This document shows, piece by piece, positions 25,643 through 34,283 of a stretch of 64,000 bases of DNA. The DNA comes from an uncultured Bacteroidota bacterium (GTDB taxonomy: Bacteria > Bacteroidota > Bacteroidia > Bacteroidales > P3), in NCBI GenBank assembly GCA_902778925.1, contig CACYZN010000021.1:3847-67846 (forward strand), in the 5' to 3' direction. Made by a program: the position numbers and the translations under genes. Under the pieces are notes generated by a model. It did not search any database, was not told the origin of the DNA, and saw only the letters and a program-made list of their open reading frames with translations. Within the stretch, counting starts at the first letter, position 1. Each line of letters opens with the position of its first letter.

Positions 25643-27385
25643 ATGAAGAAGGTAGTAATTACAGTGTTAGCCCTTGTGGCGGCGGTGGCGGCATGGTGCC
25701 AGAACGGCGAAGTGCAGCTCAACCGCGAGTATCAGGCCGCTATACGCGAGTGGTTGGAACAGGATGTGGCCGGTCGCGGCCGTGCCATGCAGGAACGTGC
25801 CGAGCGCATGCTGCTGGCGCTGCCCAACGACGAGAAGCTCTACGACGAGGGGCTGGTGGCCATAGGCTCGCGCATCGAGGAGGGCGTCGGCGCCGACGGG
25901 CAGCCGGTGCTCAACTTTGTGTACGACATATCCTACAACTGCCGACACATGGAGGGCTACACCGACGACTACCCGCTGGGCCAATACCGCTGGGACGTGT
26001 CGAACTCGGCACGCGCCATGTGCCAGCTGACCAAGCAGTTTGTCGAGGGAGTGCTCGACGACCTGTTCCGCGCTGGCAAGGATGTCACCATCCGCATCAC
26101 CAGCTCGGCCGACGGCACCGACATCAGCGCCCCGATAGCCTACGGCGGCGAGTACGGCGACTTCCGCTACATGCCCACCGTCTTCAACGGCGAGCCCCTG
26201 CGCCTCTCGGTGAGCCGCCAGAGCGGCATAGCCAACAACGCCCAGCTGGCCTACGTGCGCGCCCAGTCGGTGCGCCACTACCTGGAGACCGAGGTGCGCA
26301 ACCTGGCGCAGACGCGCAACCGCTACGAGTACATCACCCGGTCGTACATAGATACCGGCGCACAGTACCGCCGCTCGAGCATCGAGCTGGTGGTGCACGA
26401 CGCCTTCCGCGAGACCATCGACCTGATGACGGCCGACAAGATACAGGACGACTATGTCGACTTCAACGTGCCGCAGGCCGCGGGCAGCTACGAGGAGGCC
26501 TATGTGCTGATACTCTGCAACGACGAGTACCGCCTGCCCTTCCTGCCCTCGGTGCCCTTCGCCATGAACGACGCCAACATGGTGCGCCGCTACTTCACCC
26601 GCGCCCTCGGCGTGCCCGAACGGCATGTGAAGATGCTGCATGGCGCCACCAAGCAGGCCGTGCTCGACGAGGGTGTGCACTGGCTCACCGACCTCTCGCA
26701 GGCCGTGGCAGGCCACAAGGGCGACGCCCTCGACCCCCAGATGGATGTCTACATTTACTACGTGGGCTTGGGCTACACCGACTACGACGGCAAGGGCTAC
26801 CTGGTGCCCGACGGCTTCGAGGTGAGCAATATCAAGTCGCTGGCTGTGAACAAGAAAGGCAAGGCCCCCTACATGGGCGCCGACGGCCGGGTGAACTACG
26901 ACATACCCCTCTCGGGCAAGGAGAGCGGCCGCCTGACCAAGGGACTGCTGGGCATCGACGAGCTGCTCGGCAAGTTCAAGGGCTTCCCCATACGCCGACT
27001 GACCATGGTGATAGACGCCAGCTTCGACGGCAACCAGCGCAACGGCCAGCCCATGCTACGCGCCGACCGCAAGATAGACACCAAGAAGAAGAAACGCCGC
27101 CGTATGAACCTGCGCAGCGACGCCGTGGTGCTCATGGCCGCCGACCTGGACCGCACGGCCTACGCCTTCGACGCCCAGCACCACGGTTTCCTCACCTACT
27201 TCCTGCTGAAGGAGGTGAAGGGCGCTGCCGGCCGCATGGACGAGTGCACCTATGGCGACCTGTACGACGCCATAGAGCGCAAGGTGAACAAGGAATCGGC
27301 CCTGCAGGGCCGCTGGCAGGAAGTGGGCGGCGCCGCCGGTGGCCGCTACAAGGATAGCTGGCGCGGGTTGAAGATAGAAAAGTAA
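25643..27385 (+). CDS. Secreted OmpA-like domain / caspase-like (peptidase C14 fold) fusion protein, predicted catalytically inactive
   Basis: ATG 25643 gives MKKVVITVLALVAAVAAWCQ. The OmpA-like block is VTIRITSSADGTD...NNAQLAYVRAQSVRHYL. The C14-like block is YVLILCNDEY...MNDANMVRRYF...VYIYYVGLGYTDYDGKGYLVPDG...MVIDASFDG...HHGFLTYFLLKEV. Confidence 0.6.
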   Translation: MKKVVITVLALVAAVAAWCQNGEVQLNREYQAAIREWLEQDVAGRGRAMQERAERMLLALPNDEKLYDEGLVAIGSRIEEGVGADGQPVLNFVYDISYNCRHMEGYTDDYPLGQYRWDVSNSARAMCQLTKQFVEGVLDDLFRAGKDVTIRITSSADGTDISAPIAYGGEYGDFRYMPTVFNGEPLRLSVSRQSGIANNAQLAYVRAQSVRHYLETEVRNLAQTRNRYEYITRSYIDTGAQYRRSSIELVVHDAFRETIDLMTADKIQDDYVDFNVPQAAGSYEEAYVLILCNDEYRLPFLPSVPFAMNDANMVRRYFTRALGVPERHVKMLHGATKQAVLDEGVHWLTDLSQAVAGHKGDALDPQMDVYIYYVGLGYTDYDGKGYLVPDGFEVSNIKSLAVNKKGKAPYMGADGRVNYDIPLSGKESGRLTKGLLGIDELLGKFKGFPIRRLTMVIDASFDGNQRNGQPMLRADRKIDTKKKKRRRMNLRSDAVVLMAADLDRTAYAFDAQHHGFLTYFLLKEVKGAAGRMDECTYGDLYDAIERKVNKESALQGRWQEVGGAAGGRYKDSWRGLKIEK

Positions 27386-27389
27386 CCCT

Positions 27390-28637
27390 TTAGTTTATAG
27401 GCTGCACAAGGTTGCGCAGCTGCTCGATGTCGAGCTGCTGGTAGGTGATCACCTCGGGATTGGCGAAGTTGGTCTGGTTGGCCGTGTAGGTCTCGCGGTC
27501 GTACTCGGTGGCTTTGTCGAACAGGGCTTTGGCCACGACCCGGCGCAGGTGGTCGAAGTCGAGCCGTCCGGCCTGGTACTGCTCCACGTCGCTCTCCGAC
27601 AGATACTTCTTCACCTTCTCGAACTGTGCTTCGGGCAGCTGGCCGTTCTCGTCCAGGCTGCGCTCGAGGGCCGGGAAGTCGACCCACGAGGTGATGGTGG
27701 TCTCGAGCAGGGCCAGTTGCTTGCGGTTGCGGTCGGTGTAGTAGCCCAGGTAGGCGTGGCAGGGCTCGACGAAGATGACGGGTTTGAGGCCTATCTTGCG
27801 CAGTATGGAGGCGAAGAAGACGCAGGCGTCGATGCAGTTGGCCTGACGCGAGGCCCACACCTCGTCAAAGAAGCGTATGTGCTGCACGTTGGCGCGCGGC
27901 GAGGGGTTGGAGGTGCACGAGATGGACGAGTAGGTGATGCCGCGGGCCAGGGCGTAGTACCACACGGCAAAGACCTGGTCGCGCACGTTCTGGGCACCGT
28001 TCTGGTAGCCCGAGAGGCGCGATACGTTGCCCTGTGCCACGATGTCGGTCAGTATCTGCTCGATCTGGGGGTGGTCTTCGTTGACGTAGGCGGCGAAGAG
28101 CCAGCGGAAGTCGTGGGTCTGTCCGTTGTAGGCCAGCGAGAGGGGGCACTCGTTGACGGTGCGGTAGGCGAGGTGCAGGTTCTTGATGTCGACTTCCTCG
28201 TCGTTGATGAAGCAGGTGAAGGTGAGGTCGACGGCACCGGGATGGCGCAGGTTGCGCAGCACCTGGTATTTCCACTTCAGCGAGGGTGCGAAGGTATACT
28301 GCTGGCCGCGGTGGGGCAGTATCTCCTGGAATATGGTAACGTAGTTGAGGGCCGACGAGTCGACGACCACGCGCAGCACGGCGTTGTCGGCTGGGGCGGT
28401 CAGGGTGATGGTGAACTCGGGCGCTGTCTGCTGGGCTGTGTTGGCCGAGCTGTTCTGGTGGGTCGAGTTGTTGAGGCCGAGTATGAGCGAGGGGTACAGC
28501 TGGCCGTCGAAGAGGGGGTTGTATTGCGCCGTGAAGCTCACCTGACGTGGGTCGAAGAGCTTGGCGCGCGGCGACTGGCAGGCGACGGCCAGCAGCGCGA
28601 CGGCGACGCCGAGCAGTAAGGACCGTTTCATGTTCAT
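27390..28637 (-). CDS. Lipoprotein with transglutaminase-like (papain-fold Cys-His) core
   Basis: ATG 28637 overlaps the ruvC stop (ATGA). The lipobox is LLAVAC. The core motif is RQANCIDACVFFASILRKIGLKPVIFVEPCHAYLGYY...LLETT. The upstream 305 codons of track ORF 27390..29552 are Arg/Pro-rich and non-coding. Confidence 0.6.
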   Translation of the reverse strand: MNMKRSLLLGVAVALLAVACQSPRAKLFDPRQVSFTAQYNPLFDGQLYPSLILGLNNSTHQNSSANTAQQTAPEFTITLTAPADNAVLRVVVDSSALNYVTIFQEILPHRGQQYTFAPSLKWKYQVLRNLRHPGAVDLTFTCFINDEEVDIKNLHLAYRTVNECPLSLAYNGQTHDFRWLFAAYVNEDHPQIEQILTDIVAQGNVSRLSGYQNGAQNVRDQVFAVWYYALARGITYSSISCTSNPSPRANVQHIRFFDEVWASRQANCIDACVFFASILRKIGLKPVIFVEPCHAYLGYYTDRNRKQLALLETTITSWVDFPALERSLDENGQLPEAQFEKVKKYLSESDVEQYQAGRLDFDHLRRVVAKALFDKATEYDRETYTANQTNFANPEVITYQQLDIEQLRNLVQPIN

Positions 28638-29212
28638 AGTATTATATCGGGGTTTTGGTTTACGAAATCGGACCACTGCTGCTTGGCCGACTTGTGGGAC
28701 TTCTTCTTGGGCAGCAGCTGGCTGCGCAGGTCGGCCAGGGGGTTGGAGAACTGCATGTGGCAGGTGTAGGCCACGGCAAGGGCGTCGGTGGCGTCGAGGT
28801 AGCGGGGTGAGTCTTCGAAGCCCAGTATGGAACGGAGCATGGCGGCGACCTGTTCTTTCGAGGCGTTGCCGTTGCCGGTCACTGTCTGCTTTATCACCGA
28901 GGGCTCGTATTCGGTGTAGCTCAGGTCGCGGCTCATGGCGGCGGCTATGGCTACACCTTGGGCGCGGCCCAGCTTGAGCATCGACTGCACGTTCTTGCCG
29001 AAGAAGGGCGCTTCGATGGCCAGGTGGTCGGGGTGGTAGGAGTCGATGATGCGGAGGGTGGTGTCGAAGATACGGCGTATGCGCTGGTTGAAGTCGGATA
29101 TCTGCCGCAGATAGAGCACATCCATCACCGGTATGGTGATACGGTCGCCGTCGGTGTCGAGCAAGCTGTAGCCGAGTATGCGGGTGCCGGGGTCTATGCC
29201 TAGGATGAGCAT
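28634..29212 (-). CDS. ruvC: Holliday junction resolvase RuvC
   Basis: MLILGIDPGTRILGYSLL, LAIEAPFFGKNVQSMLKLGRAQG, VTGNGNASKEQV and DATDALAVAYTC. Confidence 0.9.
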   Translation of the reverse strand: MLILGIDPGTRILGYSLLDTDGDRITIPVMDVLYLRQISDFNQRIRRIFDTTLRIIDSYHPDHLAIEAPFFGKNVQSMLKLGRAQGVAIAAAMSRDLSYTEYEPSVIKQTVTGNGNASKEQVAAMLRSILGFEDSPRYLDATDALAVAYTCHMQFSNPLADLRSQLLPKKKSHKSAKQQWSDFVNQNPDIIL

Positions 29213-29224
29213 CGAACGGAGTGG

Positions 29225-29653
29225 TTAGCTGTTGTGGGCTATGGTGAGGGTGAATTTGTTCTCCACGCGGTGACGGGTGTAATAGAGCGCCACGACATAC
29301 AGTCCAAGCGTGGCAAAGGCGGCAAGGACGACGGCCCACTCGGGCAGGCCTGCTATCGAGAGACCCACGATGACGGCCAGCATGAGCAGGGCCGGCATCA
29401 GGTAGGCTATCCACACGGCCAGGAGGCCGCGGCTTTCGTCGATGCGCACGGTCACGGTCTCGCCGGCCTGGTACTGCTGCCAGTCGGCGCTGGGTATTTC
29501 GAGGGTTTTGTTTTTCGACTCGGCAAAGCCGCAGTGGGCGTGGGCCTGGCACGAGGCGCAGGCGCTTACCGACTCGATCTGTACTTCGACCTTGCCGTCG
29601 GCGACCTTGGTCACGATGCCGGCGTGGGTCGCTATTTCTCGATGTCTCTCCAT
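29225..29653 (-). CDS. RseC/MucC-family membrane protein
   Basis: 142 aa. ATHAGIVTKVADGKVEVQIESVSACASCQAHAHCG is followed by two TM helices. Confidence 0.65.
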   Translation of the reverse strand: MERHREIATHAGIVTKVADGKVEVQIESVSACASCQAHAHCGFAESKNKTLEIPSADWQQYQAGETVTVRIDESRGLLAVWIAYLMPALLMLAVIVGLSIAGLPEWAVVLAAFATLGLYVVALYYTRHRVENKFTLTIAHNS

Positions 29654-30906
29654 GCTATTATTCCTTTACAGTTTTTTACACAACGACCTTTGAGGTCGAC
29701 CTTGCTGGTATTGCCGTTGTAGACCACCTCGGCGCGTCCCCAGCGGAAGGGGGAAACGAACTCGAACACAAAGGGGAGGTATACGTCGCCGTTGGTGTCG
29801 ATGTAGCCCCAAAGACCTTGATGGCGGACGGCGGCGAGCCCCTGGGTGAAGTGGTAGGCACGCTCGAAGTAGAAGGGGATGACGAGCTTGCCGTCGAGGT
29901 CGACGAAGCCAAGTTTGCCGTCTTTCTCGACCAAGGCGCGGCTGTCGTAGTAGGTGTATTTGGTGCCGCCGGGAAGGCTGTTGTCGTATTCGATGGGGAG
30001 GACGATGCGGCCTGTGGTGTCGACAATGCCGTAGTGGTCGCCGCGGCGCACCATGACGCGCCCCTCGCGGACGGCACCCACCTGGTCGTAGATGCAGGGG
30101 ATGGCTTCGCGCCCATGTGCATCGAGGAAGCCGTAGCCGCCGTCGCGATAGACGGGTGTGAAGCCTTCGTAGTAGCCTTCAGTCCAGGTATAGACGAAGG
30201 GGGTGAGGGGTTGCATGGAGTAGTCGAACATGGCGAGGCCGGTGTCGTAGCCGGCGAAGAAATGGCCGTTGCTGTTGTCGGTCATGTAAGGGTATTGGGC
30301 TGGCAGCACTTCGCGTCCGGTGCTGTCGATTATTCCCCATAGTCCGTTGCGTCGCACTAGGGCATGGCCTTCAATCATGGGCTTGGCATTCTCGTAGGTG
30401 GTTCCGAAGAGGGGGGCGCCAAGGGTGTCGATGAAGAGGCAGTAGGGGGCGAAAGTGTCGTACACGGCCACCACAGCGATGCCGTTGTGGAAGTCGGCCC
30501 CTTGCCAGTACTGGGGCTCTATTACTTGGCGGCCGTCCATGTCGCAGTAGCCGGTGCGGTAGTCCTTGATTACAAGTATACGGCCCGACGAGGGGTAGTT
30601 GATGTCGCTATAGATGCAGGGTATTATCTCGCGGCCGGTACGGTCGATGAGGCCGCACATACCTTCGTCGAGATAGACTTTGCAGTACTGGCCGTGGAAT
30701 TGGTCGACGTATTTGTATTTGTTTTCCACTATGACGGTGCCGTCGGCCAGTCGGAAGCCATGCAGGTCGCCGTCGCGGGTGGTCTGTATGCCGTCGACAA
30801 AAAAGAGTTCGCAGCCACACTCCTCGTCGTCGATGTATTCGACGGTCTGGGCTTGGACCATGGTCGTCAGGGCGGCGAACAGAAGTATGGTGGCGAGGCG
30901 TTTCAT
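29632..30906 (-). CDS. WG-repeat (KWG-type) secreted protein
   Basis: ATG 30906 overlaps the batE stop (ATGA) and gives signal peptide MKRLATILLFAALTTMVQAQ. It contains repeated G(L)WG.ID..G..V.P motifs. Confidence 0.65.
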   Translation of the reverse strand: MKRLATILLFAALTTMVQAQTVEYIDDEECGCELFFVDGIQTTRDGDLHGFRLADGTVIVENKYKYVDQFHGQYCKVYLDEGMCGLIDRTGREIIPCIYSDINYPSSGRILVIKDYRTGYCDMDGRQVIEPQYWQGADFHNGIAVVAVYDTFAPYCLFIDTLGAPLFGTTYENAKPMIEGHALVRRNGLWGIIDSTGREVLPAQYPYMTDNSNGHFFAGYDTGLAMFDYSMQPLTPFVYTWTEGYYEGFTPVYRDGGYGFLDAHGREAIPCIYDQVGAVREGRVMVRRGDHYGIVDTTGRIVLPIEYDNSLPGGTKYTYYDSRALVEKDGKLGFVDLDGKLVIPFYFERAYHFTQGLAAVRHQGLWGYIDTNGDVYLPFVFEFVSPFRWGRAEVVYNGNTSKVDLKGRCVKNCKGIIAWRDIEK

Positions 30907-31658
30907 ATACGTTCTAGAGCTTCGGCTTCGCACCAGCCGGTGGTGCCGTCGGCAATGCGGATCTTGTACCAGTTGGAGAGTTGGTCCTGTATCTCGACTT
31001 TGGTGCCTTCGTGCAGTATCAGCTTGTCGACGCTTTGCTGTTCGGGCGAGCCTTTCACACTGATGGCGGGCTCCATGATGATGGCGCTGGTGCGGGCGTT
31101 GTAGCGGTTGGTGGAGGTGATGAGGACGACGGTGGTGGCCACCAGCAGCACTGCCACTACAATGGCAGAGATGAAGCCTGTCTTGCGGAGCGAGAGGGTG
31201 CGACCGATGCGCAACAGTATGATGGTGGCGCCGAGCAAGGCAAAAAGCACAAGCCAAAAGAACCGCCAGGTGCCGGGCTTGACCTTGGTGCAGAGGGTGT
31301 CGAACCACCGTACCACAAAAAGCTGGGGCAAGGTGGCTATGCGGTCTACGGTGTGTACTTCGGCCAGGGCAAGGTTTTCTTGTGCATCTTTCATGGTGGG
31401 CTTGAGGCGCAGGGCTCGCTCGTAGTTCAGAATGGCCATGCCCATCTGTCCGGTGCGATAGTAGGCGTTGCCGAGGTTGTAATAGAGTTCGGCCGAGGTG
31501 TAGTTGGCGGCGAGCACCTTCTGGTAGCAGGCGGCTGCCGTGTCGTAATTGCCAAGGTGGTACATCTCGTTGCCTTCGGCAAACCATTGGTCAACATCCT
31601 TTGCATCGACGCAAAGAGGAAGAAGTATTATGCTTAGAAGTATTATGGTCTTTTTCAT
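30903..31658 (-). CDS. batE: BatE (TPR + TM + C-terminal SH3-like domain)
   Basis: The TPR block is AELYYNLGNAYYRTGQMGMAILNYERALRLKP, followed by two TM helices. The SH3-like tail is WYKIRIADGTTGWCEAEALERI. It occupies the position after batD. Confidence 0.75.
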   Translation of the reverse strand: MKKTIILLSIILLPLCVDAKDVDQWFAEGNEMYHLGNYDTAAACYQKVLAANYTSAELYYNLGNAYYRTGQMGMAILNYERALRLKPTMKDAQENLALAEVHTVDRIATLPQLFVVRWFDTLCTKVKPGTWRFFWLVLFALLGATIILLRIGRTLSLRKTGFISAIVVAVLLVATTVVLITSTNRYNARTSAIIMEPAISVKGSPEQQSVDKLILHEGTKVEIQDQLSNWYKIRIADGTTGWCEAEALERI

Positions 31659-31671
31659 TTGGCAGTCGGTG

Positions 31672-33492
31672 TTATTCCAGTCCTACTATCATTTCTATGG
31701 CTTCGTCGTAGATATGCTGCATCTGCGAGTGAGCGTCGCCTGGGGTGAAGCGGGCGAGATCGACGTCCTGCAGCACCTGCATGATGCTGTTCTGTCGCTC
31801 GTCGGGGACCTGTTTCTCAGCCAGGCATGCGGCTACCGTATCGTGATTGAGGGTTGAGAGCGGTATGTTGTACTTGTCGGACAGGCAGCCCCAGATGGCG
31901 CGGTATATTTCTTCGTAGAAGGCTTCGGTGGCGCCTTTGCCAAGGTGGGCCGCCGCTTTCTTCAGTCTTTTCTGGGCCTTGCGGGTGGCATGCTTCCTGC
32001 GCATGCCAGCCACATCCTGCTCGGCCACCTTGCGGCGGTTGCCATAGATGATGGTGGCTACAGTAAGTATAGCAATCAATGCTGCTGCAAGCCAGAAGCC
32101 GAAGCCGCCGTGTTCTTCGCCACGTATGGCTTTAAGCTTGGTAGATGGGTGAATGTAGTTGATATCGTTGTTGAGCAGACGCACGTCGTCTTTGCTGCTT
32201 ACAGATGCGGTCGAGGAGGCGTCGCCCTTGGCTACTTCTATTGTCTGCTCTGGGACACGCTTGGTGATATACTGGCCACTGTTTGGGTCGAAGTATACGA
32301 AACTGTAGGCAGGAATGGTATAAGAGCCTTTGCTGCGAGGAATGAGTATCCATTCATAGGTGCGGCTGCCGCTTACCCCGTTTTCAGATTTCTTTATATT
32401 ATCGTCTATCTGCGGGTCGTAGACCTCGAAGGTGGAGGGGAAGTCGGGACGGGGAGCATCGATGAGCATCAGGTTGCCGCGACCCGATACGGTGATGCGG
32501 TAGCTCACAGCCTCGTTGGCTTTCACTTTGTTTATATTCAAGCCACCCTTCACATCGAACGAGCCCACAGCCCCACTGAATGTTTCTGGCGTGCGTGGTA
32601 AGGGCTTTACGTTGAGTGTAATCTTGTTGGTGCTCAGTGGACGCTCAACGGCCTGCTGTGCATTGAAGAAGGGGTCGTCGAAGAGGTCCCAGATACTACC
32701 GGTCCGGCGACGTTGGCGTTGCACCATGGCCAGTACGTTCAGGTCAAGTGGCTCGATGGTGAGTTTGCCACTCTCTTGTGCAAAGAGAGCACCACGACGT
32801 ATCTCGGCCACCTGGTAGCGCTTGTCGCCTATGGTTTCTTCGTATTGCTTTATCTGTTGTCCTACGCTGAGGTCTTCGGCCCAGAAGCCTTTGTTGCCGG
32901 GCAGCTTGTCTATCGCGAACTGGCTTATCGGCACCTGGGTGTATATCTTGTAGGTGATGATTATTTGTTCACCTTGGTAGGGATTGCTCTTGTTGACCGA
33001 GGCACGGGCAAACAGACTCTTCTCGTCTATGTCGGCAACAGTCTCCGGTTGCTGCGACCATGGGTCGAAGGCCTGCCGTTGCTGTTGTTGCTGCTGGCGT
33101 TTCTTCTGTTGCGAGGCAGAGGCCTTTTCTACCTTGACGGTTACGCTTTTCGAGCTGATCTTCTTGCCTCCAGCCGTGCAGGAGGCTGGACCAATGGTGA
33201 ATGTGCCTTCGAGGTCGGCGGTGAGAGTATATGAGAAGGTGGTGCTTATGGAGCGTGACATCTGTCCATTGACGATGCTCATGCTTGTGGATGACGATGT
33301 GTTTGGGCCGGAGCGAAGGCTGAAGCCTTTGAATGTTGGACCGCGGAAGTCTTTAGCCTGGTCGTTGACTACAAACCTAATCGTGAAGTTGTCGCCTTGA
33401 TATACCGATTGTGGAGCCTGCACAGTTATCTCTTGTGCTATGGCGGCACTCAATATTAGGAGGCATGTCAATATGCTTAGCGTATGTTTCAT
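31672..33492 (-). CDS. batD: BatD (oxygen-tolerance protein)
   Basis: 606 aa with a signal peptide and a C-terminal TM. The start QEITVQAPQSVYQGDNFTIRFVVND resembles BatD. Confidence 0.75.
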   Translation of the reverse strand: MKHTLSILTCLLILSAAIAQEITVQAPQSVYQGDNFTIRFVVNDQAKDFRGPTFKGFSLRSGPNTSSSTSMSIVNGQMSRSISTTFSYTLTADLEGTFTIGPASCTAGGKKISSKSVTVKVEKASASQQKKRQQQQQQRQAFDPWSQQPETVADIDEKSLFARASVNKSNPYQGEQIIITYKIYTQVPISQFAIDKLPGNKGFWAEDLSVGQQIKQYEETIGDKRYQVAEIRRGALFAQESGKLTIEPLDLNVLAMVQRQRRRTGSIWDLFDDPFFNAQQAVERPLSTNKITLNVKPLPRTPETFSGAVGSFDVKGGLNINKVKANEAVSYRITVSGRGNLMLIDAPRPDFPSTFEVYDPQIDDNIKKSENGVSGSRTYEWILIPRSKGSYTIPAYSFVYFDPNSGQYITKRVPEQTIEVAKGDASSTASVSSKDDVRLLNNDINYIHPSTKLKAIRGEEHGGFGFWLAAALIAILTVATIIYGNRRKVAEQDVAGMRRKHATRKAQKRLKKAAAHLGKGATEAFYEEIYRAIWGCLSDKYNIPLSTLNHDTVAACLAEKQVPDERQNSIMQVLQDVDLARFTPGDAHSQMQHIYDEAIEMIVGLE

Positions 33493-33509
33493 TGTCTTTA
33501 GCCTTTGTT

Positions 33510-34283
33510 CTACCAGTCTTTGTCCGAGCGGTTCCTGCTGCCTATTTGTTCTTTCTTGACTTGCTCTTTTAGGGTCTGGCGCTCGTTGTTTTTCACAGCT
33601 TCGAGCATACGTTCGGCGTCTTGGCGGCGCTGGTTCTCAGCTTTGCTCGGTTGTTGCTGTTTTTGGTCTTGTTTTTGCTGTTGTTGCTGCTGGTTCTGTT
33701 GTTGCTGACCTTGTTGCTGCTGGTCTTGCTGTTGGTTCTGCTGCTGTTGCTGGTTTTGTTGCTTGTCTTGACCGCCACCGCCCCCTTGTTGCTGTTGCTG
33801 CTGTTGTTGCTGGGCTTGCTGCAGTAGTTTTTTGGCATAGGCCAGGTTGTAGCGGGTGTCGTTGTCTTTGGGTTCCAGTTTTAGCGACTCTTGGTAGGCT
33901 TCCACGGCTTGCTGGAACATCTGCATGCCTTGGCCACCTTCGTTGTTGGCTAGCCCGTTTTCCACAAGGCTGTTACCCTTATTGTGCAGTGTTCTGGCAC
34001 GTTGATGCTTGTCAAGCTTTGGGTTGGCAAGGCTTTGGTCGAAATGGCGCACCGCCTCGTCGTATTTCTTCTGGCGATACAATGCGTTGCCAAGGTTGTA
34101 CTGTCCGCGGTAGTCGGTACTGTCGCTCTCCAGCGCCTGTCGGTAGTTTGTCTCGGCCTGGTCGAAGTGCTCTTTGTTGTAGTTTCTGTTGCCCTCGCGT
34201 ATCAAGTGTCGGTTGGCTTGGCCATGGGCGATGCCCACGGCGGCCATAGCGAGCATGAGTATAAGTGTTCTCTTGATGTTCAT
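33510..34283 (-). CDS. batC: BatC (TPR protein with long Gln-rich tail)
   Basis: ATG 34283 overlaps the batB stop (ATGA) and gives MNIKRTLILMLAMAAVGIAHGQ. TPR repeats are followed by a roughly 60-residue Q-rich tract. The upstream part of the track ORF is non-coding. Confidence 0.75.
   Translation of the reverse strand: MNIKRTLILMLAMAAVGIAHGQANRHLIREGNRNYNKEHFDQAETNYRQALESDSTDYRGQYNLGNALYRQKKYDEAVRHFDQSLANPKLDKHQRARTLHNKGNSLVENGLANNEGGQGMQMFQQAVEAYQESLKLEPKDNDTRYNLAYAKKLLQQAQQQQQQQQQGGGGGQDKQQNQQQQQNQQQDQQQQGQQQQNQQQQQQKQDQKQQQPSKAENQRRQDAERMLEAVKNNERQTLKEQVKKEQIGSRNRSDKDW

Noticed and set aside
27390-29552. Over-extended N-termini in the ORF track: 27390..29552, 29632..31587, 33510..34835, 44124..46739, 546..1367, 4430..5686, 12143..12772 and 7498..9003.
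   Set aside because: The upstream portions are Arg/Pro/His-rich and overlap the real upstream genes in another frame. Internal starts that give signal peptides or canonical N-termini, often as ATGA overlaps, were used instead.
33621-33827. A poly-Leu ORF (68 aa) on the plus strand.
   Set aside because: It is the reverse frame of the BatC poly-Gln (CAG/CAA) tract.
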